A DNA stretch of 12,061 nucleotides from a virus (IMGVR_UViG_2574180227_000017); one strand, 5' to 3'; positions 1 to 7,510 are shown, counted from the stretch's first letter. Notes: generated from the sequence alone by a model not told the origin. Made by a program: numbers and translations.

Positions 1-1242
1 ATGGCGAGAAAAACACACCCATTAACCACAGTGCAGATCAAAGCAGCCAGACCAGCGCAAAAGGAGTACACCCTGCAGGACGGCGGAGGGCTTTTTCTCC
101 TGGTCAAACCGTCTGGATCAAAACTCTGGAGATTTTCCTACTACCGACCATCGGACAAAAAAAGAATATTGCTGAGTTTTGGATCGCTTGAAGATGTTTC
201 CCTGGCTGATGCCAGAAAACGCCGTAGCGAGTACAGGACGTTAATCAGTGCCGGAACTGACCCGCAGGACCACGAGAGGCAAAAAAGAGAGACAGAGGCC
301 CGAAGACAAGGGAACACGTTCGAAAATGTGGCGGCGGCATGGTACCAGGTGAAAATCAGCCAGAATCTGGCCCCCAACACGATTAAAGACATCTGGCGTT
401 CGCTGGATAAATATGTATTCCCGTTCATCGGCAACACGCCAATAGATACCCTCACCGCCCGAAGGTTCGTTGAAGTGCTTACCCCCATCAAGGAGCGCGG
501 CAACCTGGAAACACTCAAGCGGGTTTTACAGCGCGTTAATGAGGTAATGGATTACGCCGCCAACAGTGGGCTGATTGATGCCAATCCGGCTATGAATGTG
601 CGTAAGGCGTTTCCCTCACCTGTAAAAAAACATATGCCAACAATCCGCCCCGAACAGCTGCCCGAGCTTATGCAGGCTTTATCAGTATCGGCAACAGAAC
701 GGCAGACCAGATTACTGATTGAATGGCAGTTACTGACCGTAACCCGTCCCGCCGAAGCGTCATCAACGCGGTGGGATGAAATCAACCTGGACGCGAAGCA
801 ATGGACGATACCTGCCGGACGCATGAAGATGCGCAGGGATCACGTTATCCCGCTTTCCGGTCAGGCTATGGCGGTGCTGGAGGCCATGAAACCAATCAGC
901 CACCACCGCAATTACGTTTTCCCAAGTCTGAAAGACCCACAGCAGCCGATGAACAGCCAGACAGCTAACGCAGCATTGCGGCGTATGGGATTCGCTGGCG
1001 TGCTGGTGTCTCATGGATTACGCGCCATATTCAGCACAGCAGCGAACGAGGAAGGATTCGAGCCGGACGTAATAGAGGCGGCACTTGCCCACGTCGACAC
1101 CAACGAAGTTAGACGGGCATACAACCGGAGCAACTACATAGAAAAACGCATCGTGCTGATGCGCTGGTGGGGCGAATTTGTCGAGGCTGCGGCGACGGGC
1201 GTAACCCTCGCCAGTGGTAAAAGGGGTATCCGAGCCGTGTAG
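1..1242 (+). CDS. int: tyrosine site-specific integrase, P4/CP4-57 type
   Basis: 413-aa ORF. C-terminal catalytic region carries HGLR and AHVDTNEVRRAY motifs (His/Arg/Tyr of tyrosine recombinases). Overall architecture matches P4-family integrases. Sits at the element edge, so attL and the target are expected just upstream of the window. Confidence 0.9.
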   Translation: MARKTHPLTTVQIKAARPAQKEYTLQDGGGLFLLVKPSGSKLWRFSYYRPSDKKRILLSFGSLEDVSLADARKRRSEYRTLISAGTDPQDHERQKRETEARRQGNTFENVAAAWYQVKISQNLAPNTIKDIWRSLDKYVFPFIGNTPIDTLTARRFVEVLTPIKERGNLETLKRVLQRVNEVMDYAANSGLIDANPAMNVRKAFPSPVKKHMPTIRPEQLPELMQALSVSATERQTRLLIEWQLLTVTRPAEASSTRWDEINLDAKQWTIPAGRMKMRRDHVIPLSGQAMAVLEAMKPISHHRNYVFPSLKDPQQPMNSQTANAALRRMGFAGVLVSHGLRAIFSTAANEEGFEPDVIEAALAHVDTNEVRRAYNRSNYIEKRIVLMRWWGEFVEAAATGVTLASGKRGIRAV

Positions 1243-1248
1243 CTGTAC

Positions 1249-1295
1249 AGAAAACCAGTAAAAACTACGAAAACCATGTAAAACCGTCGTATAAT
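1249..1295 (+). promoter_or_regulatory. candidate promoter: four AAAAC tracts phased at about 10 bp (1251, 1261, 1270, 1280) ending in a TATAAT -10 (1290-1295)
   Basis: Read directly from the sequence. Helically phased A-tracts resemble an UP-element or bent DNA. No clear -35. Confidence 0.3.
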
Positions 1296-1319
1296 TGCAT
1301 CAAATTTAACGACAAGGCC

Positions 1320-1571
1320 GTGAAACATGAAACCGTTAAGATGCAAAAAAATATCAGATGCAATTGCGACGGGCTGCAACTGGCCCTGATGGTTCAGCAT
1401 GAATTTTGGTCAACCTACGATCCGGAGGACAGAACGACGGCCCCATCAAAAAAACAGGTAGTAGATTTTCTGGTATCCCGTGGCGCTTCCAGAAATCTGG
1501 CGGTAAGTATTGATAAGGTCGTACGTCCGGCATCTATGAAGATCGGAGGCAGGCCCAAAAAATGGCGGTAA
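1320..1571 (+). CDS. hypothetical small protein (start uncertain: GTG 1320, ATG 1341 or ATG 1389)
   Basis: ORF between int and alpA, flanked by a candidate promoter and a strong intrinsic terminator. No convincing Shine-Dalgarno. The transcript could instead be a small RNA. Confidence 0.3.
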   Translation: MKHETVKMQKNIRCNCDGLQLALMVQHEFWSTYDPEDRTTAPSKKQVVDFLVSRGASRNLAVSIDKVVRPASMKIGGRPKKWR

Positions 1572-1580
1572 CAATCCTGG

Positions 1581-1606
1581 AAGCGGCAGAAATGCCGCTT
1601 TTTTTA
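1581..1606 (+). terminator. rho-independent terminator
   Basis: Hairpin AAGCGGCA-GAAA-TGCCGCTT followed by a run of 7 T. Confidence 0.7.
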
Positions 1607-1632
1607 TAATTCCATTTCAAATCATCAATATA

Positions 1633-1725
1633 AAAAACGGTGTATACCGTTTAAAAACGGTGGGAACTGTTTTTACCCATATCTGATGATTTACCGTATT
1701 TGTCACCGGAATACACCGGATTCAC
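1633..1725 (+). promoter_or_regulatory. operator-like repeats upstream of alpA
   Basis: Inverted repeat AACGGT-GTAT-ACCGTT (1636-1651). Direct repeat AAAAACGG at 1633 and 1653. Direct repeat ACCGGA at 1705 and 1715. Confidence 0.3.
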
Positions 1726-1738
1726 AAGGTAAATCACG

Positions 1739-1945
1739 ATGGAAGCAATCAGAAAAATTATCTTTCGCCAGGAAGTAAAAAAAATTATCCACATCAAGGC
1801 AGACAGCACGCTGCAAAGCATGATCAACGCCGGAGAATTTCCGCAGGGTTTTCGCGTTGGTTTACGCCGTCGCGGATGGTATGAGGATGATGTGTTGTCC
1901 TGGCAGAAAGAACGCGAAGAGGAAGCACGCGGAACGGCTGCTTAA
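1739..1945 (+). CDS. alpA: AlpA-family phage regulatory protein (excisionase-like HTH)
   Basis: 68-aa protein. The ...INAGEFPQGFRVGLRRRGWYEDDVLSWQ... region matches the AlpA/Vis-type pattern (FP ... GW.E.E...W). Position immediately downstream of int is typical for PICI and P4-like elements. Confidence 0.8.
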   Translation: MEAIRKIIFRQEVKKIIHIKADSTLQSMINAGEFPQGFRVGLRRRGWYEDDVLSWQKEREEEARGTAA

Positions 1946-2093
1946 CGGGTATCACAGATATGACAAACACGAAAAAAGCGGCCCCGATATGGAGCCGTCT
2001 TTCTGAACAGATAACCCGCTGCGCTGTTTGTGTGTGTGATCCCAAACATAAGCACGGGGATGATAGCCGCTATCAGGCTAGTGGGCAATGCAA

Positions 2094-2432
2094 TCAGTCT
2101 GGTTCAGTTCGTTGCCATAACTGCGAAGCTCTCTCCTTTGATGAGTATTCTTTAAGGTACTTCTCAAGGGCAAAAGAACACGGCGCGAATCGTTCTGATT
2201 CATGCTCTTTCTTTCTGCGTCGTCTTTTTCGTGCAGGTGATGTTTTTTCGGTTGATTCTTCGTTGGTCATTGTGTGCGCCTGTAAAGCAATGCGCCGGAG
2301 TACCTCACACCACGGCGCTGATAGTTTTTATCCTTTGGGTTCTATGCCGCGTTGCTGTAATTCTTTGCGGATTATTCGCTTTATCCAGGCAGCAAGAGAA
2401 TCATCGCCGTCCTGTTGTTGTGCCTTTTCCAT
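2094..2432 (-). pseudogene. possible interrupted small ORF (34-aa ORF from ATG 2432, in-frame TAA at 2328-2330, frame then stays open into a 58-aa ORF from ATG 2270)
   Basis: Hand translation of the minus strand gives a charged, helix-like sequence (MEKAQQQDGDDSLAAWIKRIIRKELQQRGIEPKG * ... MTNEESTEKTSPARKRRRRKK...) in one frame with a single internal stop. It is divergent from the candidate promoter at 2501. Could equally be two unrelated short ORFs. Confidence 0.25.
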
Positions 2433-2500
2433 CTTTTCCCGTAAGTCAGGATCTAAACGGAACTGGAACGGAGGATTACCACGCCTTTCGTTTTTGTGTG

Positions 2501-2556
2501 TTGACACGTTAATTACACCTCATGTAATGTATTTATGTGTAATGACACATTACACA
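2501..2556 (+). promoter_or_regulatory. candidate early promoter (TTGACA 2501-2506, 16-nt spacer, TGTAAT 2523-2528) with a perfect palindrome TGTGTAATG-ACA-CATTACACA (2536-2556)
   Basis: Perfect -35 hexamer, imperfect -10. A 9-bp inverted repeat sits just downstream, and a third TGTAATG half-site overlaps the -10. Confidence 0.35.
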
Positions 2557-2635
2557 CAATCAACACAAAAAGCAAAGCCCCGCACTGTAGGAGCAGTAAC
2601 GGGGCTTCTAACCAACAACGTAAACTAGGAGCCGT

Positions 2636-3194
2636 TATGGTTGCCGTAAATCATATACCACACCTTGTACACACACAAACGGCCTTTGTGTGGCGTTTTC
2701 TGGCACTGAGTGCCGGAGAAAAAAACCGCTTGATCGCCACCAGCAAAAATGGCTATGATTCCCGCGCACCTCATAAAACGGGTGTCGGGATTAGCCTCCT
2801 GAAAACAACTGAAGCGCACAGCACGCGCCCCGCGTGTTTTTTTGTGCCGCATAGTCACACCTTATCAATGGTGGGCTGTACGGGGGCGGAGCAATCCGCG
2901 CCGGTTTCTTCAGTGTCCGGTAAGGCTAACCCTGTACAGTCCGCCACCAGCGAAATTAGCCTTTTGCGTGGCGGTTATCTTAACCACACTGAGGAGGCTG
3001 CCAACATGGCTACTATCCCTACCCTTGTACATTCTCAAACCGCATTTATCTGGCGCTTTATCATCTTTGGCGCGTCAGAATCTCAAATCATCCACGTAAC
3101 CGCCTGGACGGAACGCGAAGCGCGTAGCCGTTGCCCGTCCGGTTGTGTTGCTGTATTCGCCGCCCGTATTCGTCAGGGGTCACATCATGCGTAA
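2636..3194 (+). CDS. hypothetical protein with C-terminal ~60-aa module, possibly Icd-like (internal SD+ATG at 3006 could express the module alone)
   Basis: SD TAGGAG before ATG 2636 and SD GAGGAGG before in-frame ATG 3006. C-terminal module MATIPTLVHSQTAFIWRF...TEREAR...FAARIRQG is paralogous to the C-terminus of ORF 3187-3654, and a degenerate copy (HLVHTQTAFVWRF) sits near the N-terminus. Differences between copies are enriched for synonymous changes. Confidence 0.4.
2822..2843 (+). terminator. intrinsic terminator-like hairpin inside the leader/ORF (possible attenuator)
   Basis: CACGCG-CCC-CGCGTG followed by TTTTTTT. A related G-TTTTTTT-GTG element recurs at about 3310-3325. Confidence 0.45.
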
Positions 3195-3654
3195 AAACCG
3201 CTTGCAAAAAATTATCACGGGGCTGTATGCTTCCCCCGTCGCCCACATGGCGACCGGGTTTGACAGCCTGAATACTACAGCGGACAGCCGCTTACATTCC
3301 GATATGCGGTTTTTTTGTGTCCGTAAACCTACCCATACCCGCATTATGGCGGGGCGTAACGGGGGAGCCTTTGCGCTCGCTGGTTCCTGTAGTGCCAGTC
3401 TGTCAACCCTGTTACGTCTCGCCACCATGTTTGACAGCGTAGTAGCGAGACTCCTTAATTTCACTACAGGAGCCTTTCACATGGCTGTATTCGCACGCCC
3501 TTATTTTGTCTGGCGCTTTATGCAGTGCCTGACAGACAGCATTGCAATATTCACCGTTACCGCTGCCACTGAGCGCGAAGCACGTGCACAGCTGCCGCAC
3601 GCACATCTGATTTTTGTCGCCCGTATTCGTCAGGGGGAAACCTATGCACAATAA
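3187..3654 (+). CDS. hypothetical protein with C-terminal ~58-aa module, possibly Icd-like (internal SD+ATG at 3481)
   Basis: ATG 3187 overlaps the stop of the upstream ORF. C-terminal module MAVFARPYFVWRF...TEREAR...FVARIRQG is paralogous to 3006-3194. The N-terminal half has poor protein-like composition and may be RNA rather than coding. Confidence 0.4.
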   Translation: MRKNRLQKIITGLYASPVAHMATGFDSLNTTADSRLHSDMRFFCVRKPTHTRIMAGRNGGAFALAGSCSASLSTLLRLATMFDSVVARLLNFTTGAFHMAVFARPYFVWRFMQCLTDSIAIFTVTAATEREARAQLPHAHLIFVARIRQGETYAQ

Positions 3655-3865
3655 AACCACACCGGACGCAGCCGCCGCCGCACTCACTACGCTGATGCAC
3701 GCGCTTATTGATATTGAATGCACAGCAGAGCTTGCACAAAAGGAAGAAAGGGAAGAATACACACTATTCGCCCTGGAATGTATCCGATACACCGCCACGC
3801 GGTCGCTGAATGACGCTAAAAATATTCTTATTGCTGATTGTAAAAATGGCGGTGGTTATGCGTAA
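3644..3865 (+). CDS. hypothetical small protein (73 aa)
   Basis: SD GGGGGAAA before ATG 3644. Start overlaps the end of the upstream ORF, and the same CGTCAGGGG-N-ATG junction occurs at 3180-3189. The ORF track extends this to 3614. Confidence 0.4.
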   Translation: MHNKTTPDAAAAALTTLMHALIDIECTAELAQKEEREEYTLFALECIRYTATRSLNDAKNILIADCKNGGGYA

Positions 3866-4091
3866 TATTTATCTTGAAACAATAGACCGCGCATTTATTG
3901 CACTTTCTCACAGTGAAAGCATGATGGAAATATTGCGCATATGGCTTGAAACACTTGGCGACAATGAACGCGACAAACAAAAATCAAGAATTGCCACGGC
4001 ATTAATAACGCTTCTTGAGCCTGTAATAAATGAGTTGCAGGAAATAGAGACATTACACGACCAGTATAAAGCGCCCCACACCGGAGAATAA
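3858..4091 (+). CDS. hypothetical small protein (77 aa from ATG 3858; ORF track start 3810)
   Basis: ORF with GGTGG upstream of ATG 3858, overlapping the stop of the upstream ORF. Part of a chain of overlapping small genes. Confidence 0.35.
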   Translation: MRNIYLETIDRAFIALSHSESMMEILRIWLETLGDNERDKQKSRIATALITLLEPVINELQEIETLHDQYKAPHTGE

Positions 4092-4096
4092 AAATA

Positions 4097-4396
4097 ATGA
4101 AACTTAAATATTCTGGCTTAACTGCCAGTGGCAACACTCACCCTAAATTTACGCGCGGTGATATTTACCGCGACCAGTACGGCGGCACGGTAATGATTAA
4201 GGGCGTGGCGGGACGGTGCGTAACTTACCGCCGTGAAGGTTACGAATATGATTGCGTGATGCCTGTTTATCAGTTCCGGCGTGATTTTTCTCTGGTACAG
4301 ACCGCGCCGCATAACGTGCCCACCAGCAGGGAGAAAGCACGCGCCAATATTCAGGAAATAAAAAAGATGCTTAACGTATTCAGGGGTAAAAAATGA
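4097..4396 (+). CDS. hypothetical protein (99 aa), translationally coupled to the primase gene
   Basis: SD GGAGAA upstream. Stop overlaps the primase ATG (ATGA at 4393-4396). Confidence 0.55.
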   Translation: MKLKYSGLTASGNTHPKFTRGDIYRDQYGGTVMIKGVAGRCVTYRREGYEYDCVMPVYQFRRDFSLVQTAPHNVPTSREKARANIQEIKKMLNVFRGKK

Positions 4397-6141
4397 AACT
4401 GGCACCGAACGTAAAAAAACAGCCACGCGGAATAAAACACAAAGACACAGAGGTAATTATCTTTGCGGGTAGTGATGCCTGGTCACACGCGGAACAATGG
4501 CAGGAGCAGGATGGCCCCGCATCCGGCGATAATGTGCCGCCTGTGTGGCTTGGGCCAAATCAGCTTGCCGAACTTGATGCACTGAAAATTGTTCCGGATG
4601 GAAAAAAACGCGTAAGGCTGTACCAGGCCGGAGAACTGGATTTGGTGGAGACCAAAAAGATTGGTCAGAAGCTGGCGGCGGCAGATATTCAGGACGCAAA
4701 TTTTTACCCCGAAGGAATGCACGTCCAGAAGTGTGAAAACTGGCGGCGCTATCTGAATGCTGAGCGTGAAAATATTGCCGCAGGGCTTACCATGCCGGAG
4801 CAGAAAAATACGCAACTGGCACAAATGGCAGACAGTGAGCGCGCGCAGCTGCTTGCCGAGCGCTTTGATGGCGTTTGTGTGCATCCGGAAAGTGAAATCG
4901 TTCACGTATGGCGCGGCGGGGTATGGTGTCCGGTCAGCACAATGGAACTTAGCCGCGAAATGGTGGCGATCTATTCAGAGCACAGGGCCACTTTCAGCAA
5001 GCGCGTAATCAATAACGCCGTGGAAGCGTTAAAAGTTATTGCCGAACCAATGGGCGAGCCGTCCGGCGATTTGCTGCCGTTTGCCAATGGTGCGCTTGAC
5101 CTGAAAACGGGGGAATTTTCCCCGCACACGCCGGAGAACTGGATCACCACGCACAACGGCATTGAGTACACGCCACCAGCACCAGGGGAGAACATCCGCG
5201 ATAACGCGCCAAACTTTCATAAATGGCTTGAGCACGCAGCCGGAAAAGACCCGCGCAAGATGATGCGTATATGTGCCGCGCTGTACATGATTATGGCGAA
5301 CCGGTACGACTGGCAGATGTTTATTGAGGCCACCGGAGACGGCGGGAGCGGCAAAAGTACATTCACCCACATCGCCAGCCTTTTAGCGGGGAAACAAAAC
5401 ACGGTAAGCGCGGAAATGACATCGCTTGATGATGCTGGTGGGCGTGCGCAGGTTGTCGGGAGTCGTCTTATCGTCCTGGCAGACCAGCCGAAATATACAG
5501 GCGAAGGCACGGGCATCAAGAAAATCACGGGCGGCGACCCCGTGGAAATCAACCCGAAATATGAAAAGCGTTTCACTACGGTAATCAGGGCGGTGGTGCT
5601 GGCGACCAATAACAACCCGATGATATTCACCGAACGGGCCGGAGGCGTGTCACGTCGTCGGGTTATTTTCCGCTTCGACAATATCGTAAGCGAGGCAGAA
5701 AAAGACAGGGAGCTACCGGAAAAGATCGCGGCTGAAATCCCTGTCATTATCCGCCGCTTGCTGGCGAACTTTACCGACCCTGAGAAGGCACGGGCTTTAC
5801 TACTGGAACAGCGTGACGGTGATGAAGCTCTGGCAATAAAGCAACAGACGGATCCGGTTATTGAGTTTTGCCAGTTCCTGAATTTTCTGGAGGAAGCGCG
5901 CGGCCTGATGATGGGTGGCGGTGGCGATTCAGTGAAGTATACGACCAGGAACAGCCTTTACCGCGTCTATCTGGCGTTTATGGCGTACGCAGGCAGGAGC
6001 AAACCGCTAAACGTAAATGACTTTGGCAAGGCTATGAAGCCAGCCGCGAAAGTTTACGGACATGAATATATTACGCGGAAAGTTAAGGGAGTAACGCAGA
6101 CTAACGCAATAACAACAGACGATTGCGACGCGTTTTTATAA
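4393..6141 (+). CDS. replication primase/helicase, P4-alpha-like (D5_N-type domain plus SF3 P-loop NTPase)
   Basis: 582-aa ORF. Walker A GDGGSGKST, Walker B-like LIVLADQ, motif C VVLATNNNP. Followed immediately by an iteron array, as in P4 alpha/ori and PICI pri-rep/ori. Confidence 0.9.
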   Translation: MKLAPNVKKQPRGIKHKDTEVIIFAGSDAWSHAEQWQEQDGPASGDNVPPVWLGPNQLAELDALKIVPDGKKRVRLYQAGELDLVETKKIGQKLAAADIQDANFYPEGMHVQKCENWRRYLNAERENIAAGLTMPEQKNTQLAQMADSERAQLLAERFDGVCVHPESEIVHVWRGGVWCPVSTMELSREMVAIYSEHRATFSKRVINNAVEALKVIAEPMGEPSGDLLPFANGALDLKTGEFSPHTPENWITTHNGIEYTPPAPGENIRDNAPNFHKWLEHAAGKDPRKMMRICAALYMIMANRYDWQMFIEATGDGGSGKSTFTHIASLLAGKQNTVSAEMTSLDDAGGRAQVVGSRLIVLADQPKYTGEGTGIKKITGGDPVEINPKYEKRFTTVIRAVVLATNNNPMIFTERAGGVSRRRVIFRFDNIVSEAEKDRELPEKIAAEIPVIIRRLLANFTDPEKARALLLEQRDGDEALAIKQQTDPVIEFCQFLNFLEEARGLMMGGGGDSVKYTTRNSLYRVYLAFMAYAGRSKPLNVNDFGKAMKPAAKVYGHEYITRKVKGVTQTNAITTDDCDAFL

Positions 6142-6159
6142 TTTTTTGTAATTGCTGTC

Positions 6160-6390
6160 TACCCTGTCTACCTGAGTAAAGAAAAATACATTTAATTCAG
6201 TATATTAACTTAGGTAGACAGCCTTTTTTCACTGTCTACCTACTATCTACCCTCTCTACCTGATTTTACCTGAATCAGACAGGGAGGTAGATACGGGGTA
6301 GATAGTGGATAAAAGCACTCTACCCCGCTGAAAGCCGCGCCATTACTGGTATGAGGGCCACTAAGGTAGATAAGGTAGACAAGGGGAGGC
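6160..6390. repeat. replication origin iterons: about 11 copies of the 8-bp motif TNTCTACC / GGTAGANA in both orientations, plus an AT-rich segment
   Basis: Copies at about 6164, 6172, 6213 (inverted), 6235, 6243, 6251, 6287 (inverted), 6297 (inverted), 6320, 6366 (inverted), 6375 (inverted). AT-rich stretch 6186-6212. Confidence 0.7.
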
Positions 6391-6429
6391 ACAACTCAAA
6401 ACTTTTTAAACGAGGGGGTAAAAATAAAT

Positions 6430-6708
6430 ATGCACACTTCAGGGAAATTTAATAAATCACTCAAAAAACGCAGAGACAGAACAGAACCGAAATATCGCGC
6501 GTTAGACATGACAGAGCACGCTTTAAAGGTGGCAATCAGAACGATAGACCGCCACGCGGGGGAAGGATACGCGAAAGCACATCCCGAACTGATAAGCGCA
6601 TTCATGACCACGACGGCGGCAAATTTTGCCACGCTGACAGAGCGGGAGATTGCCGAAGCGGAACAGGTAACAACCATCAACGTTAAAACCGGAGAGGTGG
6701 AATCATGA
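6430..6708 (+). CDS. hypothetical protein (92 aa)
   Basis: SD GAGGGGG upstream of ATG 6430. Stop overlaps the ssb start (ATGA at 6705-6708). Confidence 0.5.
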   Translation: MHTSGKFNKSLKKRRDRTEPKYRALDMTEHALKVAIRTIDRHAGEGYAKAHPELISAFMTTTAANFATLTEREIAEAEQVTTINVKTGEVES

Positions 6709-7127
6709 CAGCACAGATAGCCGCTTACGGGCGGCTGGTGGACGACCCGCAGGTAAAACAGACCAGCAAGGGTACACCGATGACGCTGGCGCGTATGGCG
6801 GTATCTTTGCCATGCAGTCAGGCACAGGACGGACAGGCAGCGTTATGGCTATCAGTCCTGGCATTTGGTAAGCAGGCCGACGCGCTGGCGAGACATGAAA
6901 AAGGCGACCTTATCAGCGTGGCGGGTAACATGCAGATCAGCCAGTGGACCGGACAGAACGGAGAAACGCGGCAGGGCTGGCAGGTTATCGCAGACAGTGT
7001 AATCAGTGCGCGAACGGCGCGACTGGGCGGCAAAAAAGGTCAACAGGGCCAGGCTACTGACGCGCTGAACAGGGCAAAACAACAGGCGGGGAATGATGAT
7101 CCGTACGGGGATAACATACCGTTTTAA
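6705..7127 (+). CDS. ssb: single-stranded DNA-binding protein (SSB-like)
   Basis: 140 aa. OB-fold-like pattern alignable to E. coli SSB (G.L..DP ... FGK.A ... KGD..V.G ... W...NGE.R). Ends in the acidic tail DDPYGDNIPF, resembling the canonical SSB tail DDDIPF. Confidence 0.75.
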   Translation: MTAQIAAYGRLVDDPQVKQTSKGTPMTLARMAVSLPCSQAQDGQAALWLSVLAFGKQADALARHEKGDLISVAGNMQISQWTGQNGETRQGWQVIADSVISARTARLGGKKGQQGQATDALNRAKQQAGNDDPYGDNIPF

Positions 7128-7142
7128 GCGACGAGTGACAGA

Positions 7143-7165
7143 AGCCGGAGCAATCCGGCTTTTTT
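7143..7165 (+). terminator. rho-independent terminator
   Basis: AGCCGGA-GCAA-TCCGGCT followed by TTTTTT. Near-identical copy at 9584-9607. Confidence 0.7.
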
Positions 7166-7346
7166 ACGGGTCCTCCTGGCGGGGTGGGCCTGAACACGGG
7201 GCGGGAGGCGCGGAAAAAAGCGCATTTTTGTGATTTTATCGTCATCATCATCATGAGCGTAATTTATTGTTTTTAATTGTTTTGATGCAAAAAAGATGAT
7301 GGTTTTGGTTAATTTTCGTTCGACATCTTTGCAGGCAGATAAAAAA

Positions 7347-7377
7347 GCCCGATAAGGTCAGAGGTGGCTTATCGGGC
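7347..7377. terminator. hairpin with flanking A/T runs (terminator-like on both strands, stronger on minus)
   Basis: GCCCGATAAG-GTCAGAGGTGG-CTTATCGGGC, preceded by AAAAAA and followed by TTT. Confidence 0.45.
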
Positions 7378-7458
7378 TTTTGCATATGAGGCTTTTTGGT
7401 GCACTGACACACATGATCGGGATAATCATTTCATAATTTGCAACGCAATTCAATATCA

Positions 7459-7510
7459 TTGCACAAAATGCAATCATGATTATAATCATAACTGGATGAA
7501 CATCCAGTTA
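7459..7510 (+). promoter_or_regulatory. capsid-operon promoter (TTGCAC 7459-7464, 16-nt spacer, TATAAT 7481-7486) with palindromic operator ATAACTGGATG-AA-CATCCAGTTAT (7487-7510)
   Basis: Read from the sequence. The -10 lies inside the palindrome ATGATTATAATCAT. The operator overlapping the predicted start has the form CTG-N10-CAG. Confidence 0.45.

Noticed and set aside
141-1400. Minus-strand ORFs 141-518, 552-824, 763-1014 and 1134-1400
   Set aside because: All lie inside or antisense to the well-supported integrase gene, with no start signals and poor composition.
1960-2628. 222-aa plus-strand ORF with CxxC...CxxC that superficially recalls Ogr/Delta zinc-finger activators
   Set aside because: Cys/Ser/Arg-rich low-complexity translation, no SD, and rare codons. 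The spacing of the Cys pairs and of the SRY motif does not align with Ogr. It is best explained as the antisense shadow of the minus-strand frame.
3296-3330. Second terminator-like element CCGC...GCGG followed by TTTTTTT
   Set aside because: The stem is only about 4 bp, so it was not listed as a feature. It is noted in the regulatory-region finding as a possible weak attenuator.
2625-3464. Overlapping ORFs 2625-2858 (minus), 2842-3099 (plus) and 3180-3464 (minus)
   Set aside because: Alternative-frame or antisense ORFs across the region, where the frame carrying the conserved TEREAR/ARIRQG modules is the one supported by synonymous substitutions.
4457-5747. Minus-strand ORFs 4457-4699, 4483-4905, 4971-5195, 5029-5370 and 5217-5747, and plus ORF 4757-5008
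   Set aside because: Embedded in the primase/helicase gene, whose Walker motifs confirm the plus-strand frame starting at 4393. These are shadow ORFs.
6160-6390. Possible CRISPR array, considered because of the many short repeats
   Set aside because: The repeats are only 8 bp, occur in both orientations with irregular spacing, and directly follow a primase. They are iterons, not CRISPR repeats with spacers.
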